DNA of 62,652 bases, filler included, from Candidatus Coatesbacteria bacterium (lineage in GTDB: Bacteria > JAFGND01): NCBI GenBank assembly GCA_016927185.1. It is 5 parts of 5 records of this genome, joined end to end, with 100 filler letters (N's around TTAATTAATTAA, not from the genome) between each part and the next. Parts side by side here need not be neighbours in the genome. Positions count along the whole stretch, not along the records: positions 1 to 31,836 come from JAFGND010000077.1; 4 more parts are not named here. One strand, given 5' to 3'. Shown piece by piece: positions 1 to 10,125 of the stretch (its first letter is position 1; every line of letters begins with the position of its first letter). The notes under the pieces are model-generated. The model was given only the letters and a program-made list of their open reading frames with translations. It had not been told where the DNA came from and ran no database searches. The translations under genes and the position numbers were made by a program.

Positions 1-23
1 ATTTAGAATAATTATTTTTTCCC

Positions 24-52
24 TTGACAAAATCATAAAATGTTCGTATATT
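24..52 (+). promoter_or_regulatory. sigma70-type promoter
   Basis: TTGACA (24-29), 17-nt spacer, TATATT (47-52); predicted start near 58-60. Confidence 0.7.
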
Positions 53-58
53 ATATGT

Positions 59-361
59 GAACGTTCCAAGTATCCATTTCTGAAAATGTGTTTCGAAATG
101 ATTGATACAGATAAGCTCCTTTATATGAAAATATATGAATAACTAATGAACTGGGAAAGCCCCTGTTTCCATAACCAGGGAGTCTGTCTTGAAAGAGGCA
201 GATTCCCCTGAAATGGAATAAGACTCTATCAGCTAGTATTACTTGTTAAGCATCAAGACTGTCATCCTGAACTTGAATAAAAGGTCTGATTCCATATAAG
301 TCCAGGCATTATCTATGGATAAAGAACCATATAGAAAGGTAATTTCTATTGACTCTTTTTT
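59..361 (+). ncRNA. candidate structured ncRNA or long cis-regulatory leader (family unassigned)
   Basis: No long ORF; stems seen by eye: 166-219 with GAAA tetraloop, 109-130 with 290-314, 138-154 with 229-240, 71-107, and 331-349 followed by a T-run. Confidence 0.5.
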
Positions 362-388
362 AGGCATAAAAAGCCCTGAAATTAAAAA

Positions 389-1636
389 ATGCTAAAGACA
401 CCAAAGGCTCTAAGGCTTCATATCGGTTTATATGGTAGAACTAATACTGGCAAATCCAGTTTTCTTAACATGTTAGCCAATCAAGATGTAGCCATTATTT
501 CTCCAGTTCCAGGAACTACTACTGATGTGGTAAAAAAATCAATGGAGCTTCTTCTAATAGGTCCAGTGATGTTTCTTGATACTGCAGGAATAGATGATAC
601 TTCTGAGCTTTCAGACTTGCGTCTTAAAAAAACAACAAAAGCTTATGACAGCTCAGATGTATTTGTTCTTGTCATGGAAGCAGATAACTGGTCAGAATAC
701 GAAGAGAGGATTTATCAGGAAGCAAAAACAAGAAACATTCCTCTTATAGTTGTTGTAAACAAAATAGACTTGAAGAAACCTGATAATTCACTTATAGAAA
801 AACTGAAGGGAAAAACCAGGCATATTCTTAAATGCTCAAGCGTTGACGAAGCAAACAGAAACAGATATGTAAATGAATTCAAGGAAATGCTGCTTGAGAT
901 ATGCCCGGATGAATTCCTTTCTCCACCTCTCTTGATTGGTGATTTGCTGAAACCTGGTGATATTGCTGTACTAATGGTTCCAATTGACTTGCAAGCCCCA
1001 AAAGGGAGACTGATTTTACCTCAAGTCCAGGCAATAAGGGATGCTCTTGATAATGATGCTGCTACACTTGTTGTAAAAGAAAGAGAGTTTATTCACATTC
1101 TTGATAAACTAAAAGAAAAACCTGAGTTGGTGGTTTGTGATTCACAGGTTGTTCAGAAAATGGTTGCATATACGCCTCCAGAAATCAAAACCACAACTTT
1201 TTCCATCCTTTTTGCAAGATTTAAGGGAGATTTGCTGGAAGAAGCAAAAGGAGCTGCCTATATAAAGAAGCTCAAAAATGGTGACAAAATCCTGATTGCA
1301 GAAGCATGTTCTCATCATGCATTAGAGGATGATATTGGTCGTGTCAAGATCCCTCGCTGGTTAAGGCAATATGTTGGAGGAGACTTGCAAATTGATGTTT
1401 CAACAGGCAGGGATTATCCTGACAACCTTGAAGAATACAAGCTTGTAATACATTGTGGTGCTTGCATGTTGACAAGAAGAGAGATGTTGTTTAGATTACA
1501 TAAGGCAAAGGAAAAGGGAGTCCCTGTTACCAATTATGGCGTATCGATTGCATTTGTTCAGGGAGTACTGGAAAGAGTTCTTGAACCTTTTCCCGCTGCA
1601 TTAGAAGCTTACAAGAAAGTGATAGAGGAGTTATAA
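389..1636 (+). CDS. hydF: [FeFe]-hydrogenase maturation GTPase HydF
   Basis: GRTNTGKS P-loop, DTAG, NKID; EACSHH and HCGAC cluster ligands; next to hydG/hydE. Confidence 0.95.
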   Translation: MLKTPKALRLHIGLYGRTNTGKSSFLNMLANQDVAIISPVPGTTTDVVKKSMELLLIGPVMFLDTAGIDDTSELSDLRLKKTTKAYDSSDVFVLVMEADNWSEYEERIYQEAKTRNIPLIVVVNKIDLKKPDNSLIEKLKGKTRHILKCSSVDEANRNRYVNEFKEMLLEICPDEFLSPPLLIGDLLKPGDIAVLMVPIDLQAPKGRLILPQVQAIRDALDNDAATLVVKEREFIHILDKLKEKPELVVCDSQVVQKMVAYTPPEIKTTTFSILFARFKGDLLEEAKGAAYIKKLKNGDKILIAEACSHHALEDDIGRVKIPRWLRQYVGGDLQIDVSTGRDYPDNLEEYKLVIHCGACMLTRREMLFRLHKAKEKGVPVTNYGVSIAFVQGVLERVLEPFPAALEAYKKVIEEL

Positions 1637-3129
1637 TGCTGGATAAAGACAGAAATTGGCTTGAAGAAAGAATCAATTACAAGGAAATCTCTAAATACAT
1701 GAAAGATGGAAAAGATTTCATAAATGATTCTGAAATTGAAGAGAAGATAAAGAACAACAAAAATCCTGACCCCAAAAGAGTTAAAGATATTATTGCCAAG
1801 TCATTGACAATACATAATCTTGCTCCAGATGAACTTGCTGCCTTGATAAATGTTACTGACAGGGATTTGATAGCAGAAATGGAGGAAGCTGCAACTGCTG
1901 TCAAGAAATGGGTATATGACAACAGGATAGTTACATTTGCTCCTTTATACTTAAGCAACTTATGCCTCAATAATTGCCTTTACTGCGGCTTGAGATGCAG
2001 CAATCAGCAAATGCAAAGAAAAACACTTTCAGATGAAGATATAATAAATGAGGTTTCATATCTTACAGGGAAGGTGGGACACAAGAGATTGATTGTAGTC
2101 TATGGGGAGCATCCAGAGGCTTCTGTTGATTATATGCAGAAATCAATAGAAACAATATATGGAGTAAAGGTTAAAACCAGGAAAGGCTTTGGGCAGATAA
2201 GAAGATTGAATGTTAACGGTCCTCCATTATTGCTAGAGGAATTCAGGAAAATGCATGAAGTTGGAATAGGAACTTATCAGATTTTTCAGGAAACCTATCA
2301 TCATGATACTTATAATATTGTTCATCCAGGAGGGACATTCAAGGGAGATTATGATTGGCGACTTTACAGTATGCACAGGGCATTAGAATCAGGTATAGAT
2401 GATGTTGGATTAGGTGCGCTTTTTGGTCTTTATGACTGGAAATTTGAAATAATGGGGCTTCTCTATCATTCCATAGAACTTGAGAATGTATTCGGGATAG
2501 GACCTCATACAATTTCTTTTCCAAGACTGGAACCAGCTGAAAACACTCCTTTCATAACAGATCCAAAGTATCAGAAATATCATGTTTCTGACGAGGATTT
2601 CAAGAGGCTTGTTGTACTTCTGCGGCTTGCTGTACCTCATGCAGGAATGATAATTACTGCAAGAGAATCTCCAGAAATAAGAAAGGCACTGCTTCCACTT
2701 GGATGTACCCAGACAGACGCCTCTTCCTGCATAAGCATAGGAAGCTATTCTGAAGATGGCAAACAAGATAGTTGCAGACAGCAGTTTTTACTGGGTGATA
2801 CAAGAAGTCTTGATGAAGTAATAAGAGATCTGGCACAACTTGGTTTCATAACTTCATTTTGTACAGCAGGATACAGATGTGGAAGAACCGGACAAAATAT
2901 CATGGAATTGTTGAGAACAGGTCAGGAAGGCAAATTCTGCAAACTCAATGCAGTTCTGACTTTCAAGGAATGGCTTGATGATTTCGCAAGCGAGGAAACC
3001 TATAAAATAGGGATAAAGCTTATTGAGATGGAAATGGAAGAAATAAAAAAGAAGACACCTAATGCTTTTGATGCATTCATGGTAGCATATAACAAGATCA
3101 GCAATGGAGAAAGGGATTTATATTTCTAG
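1636..3129 (+). CDS. hydG: [FeFe]-hydrogenase maturase HydG (radical SAM)
   Basis: FAPLYLSN-CxxxCxxC, FQETYH, GPHTISFPR, C-terminal CTAGYRC-x19-C, ends GERDLYF. Confidence 0.95.
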   Translation: MLDKDRNWLEERINYKEISKYMKDGKDFINDSEIEEKIKNNKNPDPKRVKDIIAKSLTIHNLAPDELAALINVTDRDLIAEMEEAATAVKKWVYDNRIVTFAPLYLSNLCLNNCLYCGLRCSNQQMQRKTLSDEDIINEVSYLTGKVGHKRLIVVYGEHPEASVDYMQKSIETIYGVKVKTRKGFGQIRRLNVNGPPLLLEEFRKMHEVGIGTYQIFQETYHHDTYNIVHPGGTFKGDYDWRLYSMHRALESGIDDVGLGALFGLYDWKFEIMGLLYHSIELENVFGIGPHTISFPRLEPAENTPFITDPKYQKYHVSDEDFKRLVVLLRLAVPHAGMIITARESPEIRKALLPLGCTQTDASSCISIGSYSEDGKQDSCRQQFLLGDTRSLDEVIRDLAQLGFITSFCTAGYRCGRTGQNIMELLRTGQEGKFCKLNAVLTFKEWLDDFASEETYKIGIKLIEMEMEEIKKKTPNAFDAFMVAYNKISNGERDLYF

Positions 3130-3386
3130 TGAATATTGATGATCAAGTGAGAAAACTTCTTCTGGATATTGAGGATAAATTTAATGTAACTCTTTATCTG
3201 GCAAGTATTCATGGCAAGAGGTGGGAGTTTATTTCTGGAACAAGAACAAGGGAGATACCTCTATCACAACCATTCAGGATAAGCATTTCTGAAGAGATGG
3301 GACTGGTAATTTACGGCTGGTATGAACTTGATGATACAAAGAAAAGAGAGATTGAAAGTCTTATAAGTGATATAAGGCATGGATAA
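3129..3386 (+). CDS. 85-aa hypothetical protein inside the hyd operon
   Basis: GTG start overlaps the hydG stop; stop overlaps the hydE start. Confidence 0.65.
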   Translation: MNIDDQVRKLLLDIEDKFNVTLYLASIHGKRWEFISGTRTREIPLSQPFRISISEEMGLVIYGWYELDDTKKREIESLISDIRHG

Positions 3387-4353
3387 AGAAGAAGTTCTTT
3401 ATTATCTCAAATCCCTAGAAACAAATGACTTATTCAAAAAAGCTGATTCTGCAAGATCAGAATTTTGTGGTAATAAGGTTTTTGTTAGGGGAATTGTAGA
3501 ATTCTCAAATAATTGCATCAGAAACTGTAAATATTGTGGTATAAGAAGAGATAACAAGAATATCAATCGCTACAGGATGACTCAAGATGAAATACTAGAA
3601 TCTGTAAAAAAGATAGATGGTAGCGGTCTTAATTCAGTAGTATTGCAGTCTGGAGATGATTTCTTCTATACACAAAAAGATATTTGCCTTCTTCTTGAAC
3701 GAATAAAGTATGACTACCCAGATATGGCAATAACCTTGTCAATAGGAGAGAGACATCTGGAGGATTACAAGGAATTCAGGAAATCAGGTGCAGACAGGTA
3801 TCTGCTCAAACACGAAACAGTAGACAATGAACTTTATAAGTTCATGCATCCCAATCAATCCCTAAGTCACAGATTGAGAATTCTCAATTATTTGCGAGAA
3901 CTGGACTATCAGGTTGGCACAGGTTTTATTATTGGTCTGCCATTCCAGAAACTTGAAGATATTGCCTCTGATATACTCTTTCTTGAGGATTTTCAGCCTG
4001 ACATGGCAGGGATAGGTCCTTTTATTTCCCAGCAAGATACTCCACTAGCTGATGCTGAAAATGGATCTATTGAAATCAGCTTGAAGACACTTGCCCTTTC
4101 AAGAATAGTAACAAGAAATAGCCATCTTCCTGCTACAACTGCTCTTGCGTCCATAGAGACAAAAAATGGACATGTCAATGGATTGAAGGCTGGATGTAAT
4201 GTCATTATGATAAGTTTTACTCCAGTTGATTACAAGGAAAACTACAAGATATATGATAAGAGGGCTTGTTTCGAACTTGAAGAAGTTAAAAGGAGTATTG
4301 AAAAAGCAGGGAGAGTTTTTTCAGGAGAGAAGGGTGATTCCCTTAAGAGTTAG
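3379..4353 (+). CDS. hydE: [FeFe]-hydrogenase maturase HydE (radical SAM)
   Basis: RGIVEFSNNCIRNCKYC, RYLLKHET, PATTAL, YKIYD; operon context. Confidence 0.9.
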   Translation: MDKEEVLYYLKSLETNDLFKKADSARSEFCGNKVFVRGIVEFSNNCIRNCKYCGIRRDNKNINRYRMTQDEILESVKKIDGSGLNSVVLQSGDDFFYTQKDICLLLERIKYDYPDMAITLSIGERHLEDYKEFRKSGADRYLLKHETVDNELYKFMHPNQSLSHRLRILNYLRELDYQVGTGFIIGLPFQKLEDIASDILFLEDFQPDMAGIGPFISQQDTPLADAENGSIEISLKTLALSRIVTRNSHLPATTALASIETKNGHVNGLKAGCNVIMISFTPVDYKENYKIYDKRACFELEEVKRSIEKAGRVFSGEKGDSLKS

Positions 4354-4357
4354 TTTA

Positions 4358-6442
4358 TCATATACTTACTAACTTCATTGTTTTCTGATAATTTCCTATT
4401 ATGAACTTTATAAAATACATACCTTTTCCTTCAAAAGGATATTCATATCTGAAATCTCTGTCTTTTATCAAGCCTTCAAATAGAATTTTCATCCTTCTAC
4501 CTCTTATATCATAAAGAATAATCTTTGTTTTTTCGCATTCTCTTGTTTTCAGATTTATTCTTATCGCCCCTCTGCAGGGATTTACAACAAGAATTCCTGG
4601 CTTGTATGGCAGAAGGTGCGAGGAAAGTTTTCTCCTATATCCGGTTTCTGAAAAAAACAATTCCTTTACTGGACTAATAAGACCTTTTCCAATCTCATTT
4701 TCTCCCTGGGATATGAAATAAAACTTACCTTCATCATGATTATTGAATTTGAAATTTGAATCAGCAGATTCACCCTTGAAAGACCATGTCTTATTATTTA
4801 CTACAGGATAAAAATCATCAATACTAAGATATTCACCTGTTTCTGAAGGATTACCTATCCAGCTGAATCTGAAAATATACTCAGATCCTTCAGGAAAATC
4901 AGATAAGGAGTAGTTCTTTTCTGTCCAGTCGCTGTAATTGGATAGAGAATCCAGCTTAAACCAGCTTCTTCCATAATCAGTTGATAGCTGGAAATATATG
5001 CAGTCGTTTGATCTCAAGGTAAGCCATGATGCATTGAAAGAGCAATTCTTCACCCCTTTTACTGGAATGCTGCTTTGAAGCCAGGAATTGGATTCAAGTT
5101 GTCTCTCTGTTCTTATATAATTGCTTGATGTTCCATGTCTTAGGGAAAATCCTTTGTAAAACCATTTTCTGGGGGAGACAGTATCAGGAAATGTCTCGAA
5201 ATTCTCTGTTTCAATATCCATAATTGAACTTTCCCATAAATATGATTTCTTGACAAATCTTAGATTGTTGTCAAAATGCCATTTCAATCGCCAGTTTATG
5301 CTTACTGTATCAGGAGTTTCTTCCCAGATTGGGGAAAGCGGATAGAGATATGGTCTTGTGATCTGGGTTCGCATGAAATTAATAGCAGCTTCAGTCTGCA
5401 CTTTGCATATTGAATCAAGTACTGTACTTTCAGGATAGCCTTCTGAAAGCTCTATGGTAAATCCAATTGATGATTTTTCACCGCAACTCCAGTCACAGTA
5501 TTCCCCATTTGTTGGGTACAAGAATATAGTTTGCCATGGCATATATTTAGTGTCCCTTGCCAAAGTATCAGCAAGAGCAGTGAAAGCATAATTCTCTATT
5601 GGATGGGCATAAGCAAATCCAAAGGGGTAAAGAATTAAGGAGCCTTCTGAATGATAGCTTATTGATGAATAGACAGGATATTTTTCAAAAAGATCCTTGA
5701 TAGATCTGGTTTCAGATTCTGAAAAAGAATATTCTCCCCTGTAAGTAGCTTCATAAGGATTGCTGCTTGAACCTCTATCATCATAACCGAATTTGAAACT
5801 ATAATTTCTGTTGAGATCTACTCCATCAGGAGGTCTCATGTTTTTTCTCCTGAATCTACCCTGCTCTGATTCTATATGTCCATCCACATTGAGCATCGGA
5901 AGTATTATTATCAATGATTCCTTCAACAATTTGCTTATTAGTGAATTTTGTCTGTTTGAAAGCAGATTCCTTGCTATTGTAAGAGTAACTTCAGTAGATA
6001 CAACTTCATTTCCATGGTGTAAGCCTACGAAAAGGAAGCAAGGTTTTACATAATTATCATTACCAATTATCAGAATTGGTATATTCCTTTTTAAATAAGT
6101 ATTACCTGCGTTTTCTATCTTTGCAATATCTGGGTATTTCTGAACCAATGAATCAAGTAATTCAAGCATTTCTTCATAAGTATGATAAGCACCCATGTCT
6201 GATCTGAAATCCCAGAAAGAAGAAATATATTTTCCAGCGTCATGAGCTATTTTCCTGCAAAAAACGTTTTTATTGATCCTTGATAGATCCGATTGCCTTA
6301 TTGCTATATCGTAATACTTGTTTTTTTCAATTTTCAGTATACTATGATTGTAGTCAATATTGGGAGTATATAGGCGATAAACTGAATAGTTTTCAATAAA
6401 GAAGCTTGCCTGAAAAAGCATAAGGTAAAGTAAAAAACTCAT
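4358..6442 (-). CDS. exported M14 zinc carboxypeptidase with T9SS-like C-terminal domain
   Basis: Signal peptide; HHGNE, RRKN, DLNRNY, SYHS motifs; C-terminal YDIRGR...GMYFIK...KLV. Confidence 0.85.
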   Translation of the reverse strand: MSFLLYLMLFQASFFIENYSVYRLYTPNIDYNHSILKIEKNKYYDIAIRQSDLSRINKNVFCRKIAHDAGKYISSFWDFRSDMGAYHTYEEMLELLDSLVQKYPDIAKIENAGNTYLKRNIPILIIGNDNYVKPCFLFVGLHHGNEVVSTEVTLTIARNLLSNRQNSLISKLLKESLIIILPMLNVDGHIESEQGRFRRKNMRPPDGVDLNRNYSFKFGYDDRGSSSNPYEATYRGEYSFSESETRSIKDLFEKYPVYSSISYHSEGSLILYPFGFAYAHPIENYAFTALADTLARDTKYMPWQTIFLYPTNGEYCDWSCGEKSSIGFTIELSEGYPESTVLDSICKVQTEAAINFMRTQITRPYLYPLSPIWEETPDTVSINWRLKWHFDNNLRFVKKSYLWESSIMDIETENFETFPDTVSPRKWFYKGFSLRHGTSSNYIRTERQLESNSWLQSSIPVKGVKNCSFNASWLTLRSNDCIYFQLSTDYGRSWFKLDSLSNYSDWTEKNYSLSDFPEGSEYIFRFSWIGNPSETGEYLSIDDFYPVVNNKTWSFKGESADSNFKFNNHDEGKFYFISQGENEIGKGLISPVKELFFSETGYRRKLSSHLLPYKPGILVVNPCRGAIRINLKTRECEKTKIILYDIRGRRMKILFEGLIKDRDFRYEYPFEGKGMYFIKFIIGNYQKTMKLVSI

Positions 6443-6565
6443 GGTCTTAATTAGAAATTGAATATGGTTTGTGTCAAGTTAAACTATTAATCTATTAAAA
6501 TCTTTGCTTGACACCTAATTGCTCTTAAATGTTTTTGCTTCAAATAATTAGAAGGAGGTTTTGAT

Positions 6566-7759
6566 ATGCTTGCTATATCAAAGCGTGTTTCGGAAATGCA
6601 GGCTTCACCTATCAGAAAATTGGTTCCTCTTGCCAATCAAGCTAAAAGCAGGGGAATAAGTGTTTTTCATCTGAATATTGGTCAACCTGACTTGCCTACT
6701 CCTCCTGCTTACTGGGAAGCAGTTCATAAATTCGAGGACAAGGTGCTTGCTTATGGACCCTCTGAAGGATTACTTTTTCTAAGAGAGGCAATAGCAGGAT
6801 ACTTTGAGAGATATGATATTTCCGTGGACAAGGATGAAATATTGATAACAACTGCAGGGAGTGAAGCAGTTCAGTTTGCCTTATTGACAATAGCTGACGA
6901 AGGCGATGAAGTGATTGTTCCTGAACCTTTTTATACAAATTATAATGGATTTGCTTCTATCGCCGGTGTAAAACTGAAACCAATCAGGACATTACCGGAA
7001 ACTGGATTTCATCTTCCTTCGCAGGAGGAGATAGAATGCAAGATTAGTCCCAGAACCAAGGGGATTCTTATCTGTTCCCCAAATAATCCAACTGGTACAA
7101 TACTTGACAAAGAAGAAATGGAAATGCTTGCAGAACTTGCTTTGGAGCATAACCTTTATTTGCTGAGTGATGAGGTCTACAGGGAATTCTCATATGGGAC
7201 AGCTCCAATTTCCATTTTATCATTCCCTAGAATAGCTGATAGGGTTATAATGCTTGATAGCATAAGCAAGAGGTTTTCAGCTTGTGGTGCAAGAATAGGT
7301 TGTATGATAATAAAAAACATGCATGTGAGATCTGAAATAATGAAACTAGCTCAGTCAAGATTATGTCCTCCCACCCTGGAACAATATGGTGCAGCAGCTG
7401 CTTATTCACTTCCAGAGAGTTATTACAATTCAGTAAAGGAAGAATACAAGAAGCGAAGAGATGTCGTTCTGGATGGCTTATGCAAGATATCAGGTTGTTT
7501 GTGCCAGGAGCCGAAAGGTGCCTTTTATGTAATGGCTCAATTGCCTATTGATGATGCAGATAAATTCGCAGCCTGGCTTTTAACGGAGTTTTCTGTTGAT
7601 AACAAAACAGTCATGCTTGCACCCGGGGCAGGTTTTTATGCAACTCCCGGACTTGGTTTGAAAGAAGTAAGAATAGCATATGTCCTTGAACAGGACAAGC
7701 TACGGGAAGCAATGGACTTGCTGAAAATAGCTATAGAAAAATACAAACAGATAATATAG
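6566..7759 (+). CDS. PLP-dependent class I/II (aspartate-type) aminotransferase
   Basis: LNIGQPD, SPNNPTG, DEVY, SISKRFSACGARIG; GGAGGT RBS. Confidence 0.9.
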   Translation: MLAISKRVSEMQASPIRKLVPLANQAKSRGISVFHLNIGQPDLPTPPAYWEAVHKFEDKVLAYGPSEGLLFLREAIAGYFERYDISVDKDEILITTAGSEAVQFALLTIADEGDEVIVPEPFYTNYNGFASIAGVKLKPIRTLPETGFHLPSQEEIECKISPRTKGILICSPNNPTGTILDKEEMEMLAELALEHNLYLLSDEVYREFSYGTAPISILSFPRIADRVIMLDSISKRFSACGARIGCMIIKNMHVRSEIMKLAQSRLCPPTLEQYGAAAAYSLPESYYNSVKEEYKKRRDVVLDGLCKISGCLCQEPKGAFYVMAQLPIDDADKFAAWLLTEFSVDNKTVMLAPGAGFYATPGLGLKEVRIAYVLEQDKLREAMDLLKIAIEKYKQII

Positions 7760-9586
7760 ATGGATGATTTACTGAAAACAGTTAATGAACGCATTGTTCT
7801 GTGTGATGGAGCAATGGGAACAAGATTGTATGCCAAAGGTATATATATCAACCAGTGCTTCGACTTGCTTAATCTTACAAGACCGAAGCTGGTAACTGAA
7901 GTTCACAAGGAATACTTTGATGCAGGAAGTGATATAATTGAAACCAATACATATGGTGCCAATTACGTAAAACTTCAGAAGCATGGCATAGAGGATCATC
8001 TTGAAGATATAAACAGGGAGGGAGTAAAACTTGCCAGAGAAGTGGCAGGTGATAAAGCCTGGGTTGCTGCAAGTATAGGACCAATTGGTATTCCAATAGA
8101 ACCATTTGGTAAAATGAGTTTTGATGAAGTTTATGATGTTTTCAGGCAGCAAGCTGAAGCTTTCAAGGATACTGATGTAGATTGTTTCATGTTTGAGACA
8201 TTCAATCGGCTGGATGAGCTTCTACAGGCAATAAAAGCTTTCAGGGATTTGTATGATAAGCCAATAATTTCTCAGATTACCGTAGGTGATGATGCCAAAA
8301 TGCCTTATGGAACAACACCATCACAAGCTGCCAGACAACTTGAGGAAATCTCTGATGTAATAGGGATAAACTGTTCAGTAGGTCCTCAGATAATGCTTGA
8401 AGCTATAATAGAAATGGCTAAGGCAACTTGCAAACCTCTTATAGTACAACCAAATGCAGGAATTCCGAAGATGGTTGAGGGAAGATTCATTTATCTCTCC
8501 TCGCCTGAATACATGGCAGAATATGCAAAAAGGTTCATTCAGTATGGAGTGAGAATAATTGGAGGTTGCTGCGGGACTGATTATAATCATATATCCGCAA
8601 TGAAAGCAGCAATAAAAGCATTAACTCCCTCAAGAATAGAAGATGTAATTGTTCAGACATCAGAAAACGGAAAAACAGCGGAAGCTCAAATCCCGATTCC
8701 AAAAGGGCAGAAAAGTGCATTTGCCAGAAGACTTCTATCTGGAAAATATGTTATTTCAGTGGAAATAGATCCTCCGAGGGGAACTAACTTTGACAAGGTA
8801 CTGGAGGGAGCCAAGTTTCTGAAAGATAATAATATAGATGCATTAAATATTGCAGATGGACCAAGAGCCTCTGCCAGAATGAGTGCCCTTGCACTAGCTA
8901 AAATAATTGAAGAAGAAGTTGGAATTGAGACAATTCTTCATTACACCTGCAGAGACAGAAACCTGCTTGGGATGCAAAGCGATTTGCTGGGTGCTTCTGC
9001 AATGGGATTGAGAAATGTTCTTGCAGTAACCGGGGATCCTCCAAAACTTGGAGATTATCCTACGGCTACAGCAGTATATGATGTCGATTCAGTTGGATTA
9101 GTACAGATTATTCACAGACTAAATGTAGGACTTGATGTGGCGGGTAATCCCATTGGTAATCCATGCGCTTTTTATATAGGAGTTGGAGCAAATCCTGGAG
9201 CAATAGATATTGAACTGGAGCATAAAAGACTGTTTTGGAAAATTGATGCTGGAGCAGAATATATTCTTACACAACCAGTCTTTGATCCAGAACTTTATCT
9301 CGAGTTTATGAAAAGGATAAAGCAATATAAAATTCCTGTACTTGCAGGGATACTGCCTTTAGTATCTTACAAAAACGCTGAATTCCTTCACAATGAAGTT
9401 CCGGGAATGAGCATACCTTTTGAAACAAGGGAAAGAATGAGGTTGGCGGGAACAGGAGCTGCTGCCAGAGCTGAAGGAATAAAGATAGCAAAAGAATCTC
9501 TTGATTCAATAAGAAAGCATTCTCAAGGAGCTTATCTTATAATACCATTCGGGAGTTTTAAATCTATTACTGACATACTTGAATAA
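7760..9586 (+). CDS. yitJ: bifunctional homocysteine S-methyltransferase / methylenetetrahydrofolate reductase (YitJ type)
   Basis: DGAMGT, GINCS, PNAG, GGCCGT; C-terminal MTHFR domain (HYTCRDRN, TGDPP, TQPVFD). Confidence 0.9.
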   Translation: MDDLLKTVNERIVLCDGAMGTRLYAKGIYINQCFDLLNLTRPKLVTEVHKEYFDAGSDIIETNTYGANYVKLQKHGIEDHLEDINREGVKLAREVAGDKAWVAASIGPIGIPIEPFGKMSFDEVYDVFRQQAEAFKDTDVDCFMFETFNRLDELLQAIKAFRDLYDKPIISQITVGDDAKMPYGTTPSQAARQLEEISDVIGINCSVGPQIMLEAIIEMAKATCKPLIVQPNAGIPKMVEGRFIYLSSPEYMAEYAKRFIQYGVRIIGGCCGTDYNHISAMKAAIKALTPSRIEDVIVQTSENGKTAEAQIPIPKGQKSAFARRLLSGKYVISVEIDPPRGTNFDKVLEGAKFLKDNNIDALNIADGPRASARMSALALAKIIEEEVGIETILHYTCRDRNLLGMQSDLLGASAMGLRNVLAVTGDPPKLGDYPTATAVYDVDSVGLVQIIHRLNVGLDVAGNPIGNPCAFYIGVGANPGAIDIELEHKRLFWKIDAGAEYILTQPVFDPELYLEFMKRIKQYKIPVLAGILPLVSYKNAEFLHNEVPGMSIPFETRERMRLAGTGAAARAEGIKIAKESLDSIRKHSQGAYLIIPFGSFKSITDILE

Positions 9587-10124
9587 AGGAGAGAAAATGT
9601 GCCTTAAACTGATTGTAGCTGTTTTATTAATATCACTTGGTTTTACTTTGCTTAATGCAGAAAAACTTCTTCCAGGAGATGATAATGAAACAATAATCAA
9701 CAAATTGAAAGCAAACGCTGATACCTTGAAAATAGTAACTGAAATTGCAAAACAAGAAGATAACTCTGTCTTGCAGATGGGTTTCAAGAGTAATGAACCT
9801 GGAGAAATATACAAAGCAGTACTAGTTTTTAGCTCTCTTCAGATTCCTTCGCAGAATGAAAAGAAATACTCTATTGTCTTGATATATCTTTTCACGAATA
9901 TTGAAATTTCAAAAGATAAATCCAAAGTAATTGATCTTATAAACCAGTTTCATAACGATTACTGGAGCGGAACTTTCAGTATAGATGAGAAAAACAGGGT
10001 TAAAGGCAAGATAACTGTATTAATTCCCCCTGAAGGAATTTCTCCCAACTCAGCATTTGCTGCATCAATGTTTTTGATGCAAGGATGGGAGATTTTGTTT
10101 CAGAATTTGAAGCCTTATATTTAA
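9579..10124 (+). CDS. exported hypothetical protein, possibly YbjN-like
   Basis: Signal peptide; shares NxFH/HN...GxF...G...PPEGI...GW pattern with the next gene. Confidence 0.55.
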   Translation: MNKGEKMCLKLIVAVLLISLGFTLLNAEKLLPGDDNETIINKLKANADTLKIVTEIAKQEDNSVLQMGFKSNEPGEIYKAVLVFSSLQIPSQNEKKYSIVLIYLFTNIEISKDKSKVIDLINQFHNDYWSGTFSIDEKNRVKGKITVLIPPEGISPNSAFAASMFLMQGWEILFQNLKPYI

Positions 10125-10125
10125 A

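Noticed and set aside
140-351. Group I intron or TPP/cobalamin riboswitch in the hydF leader
   Set aside because: Only fragmentary resemblance (CUGGGAAA, AGACU/AGUCC); no consistent P3/P4/P7 core, host exon or riboswitch consensus could be built
2860-2940. HydG auxiliary cluster motif CTAGYRC instead of CxxC
   Set aside because: Matches the known CX5CX19C HydG variant
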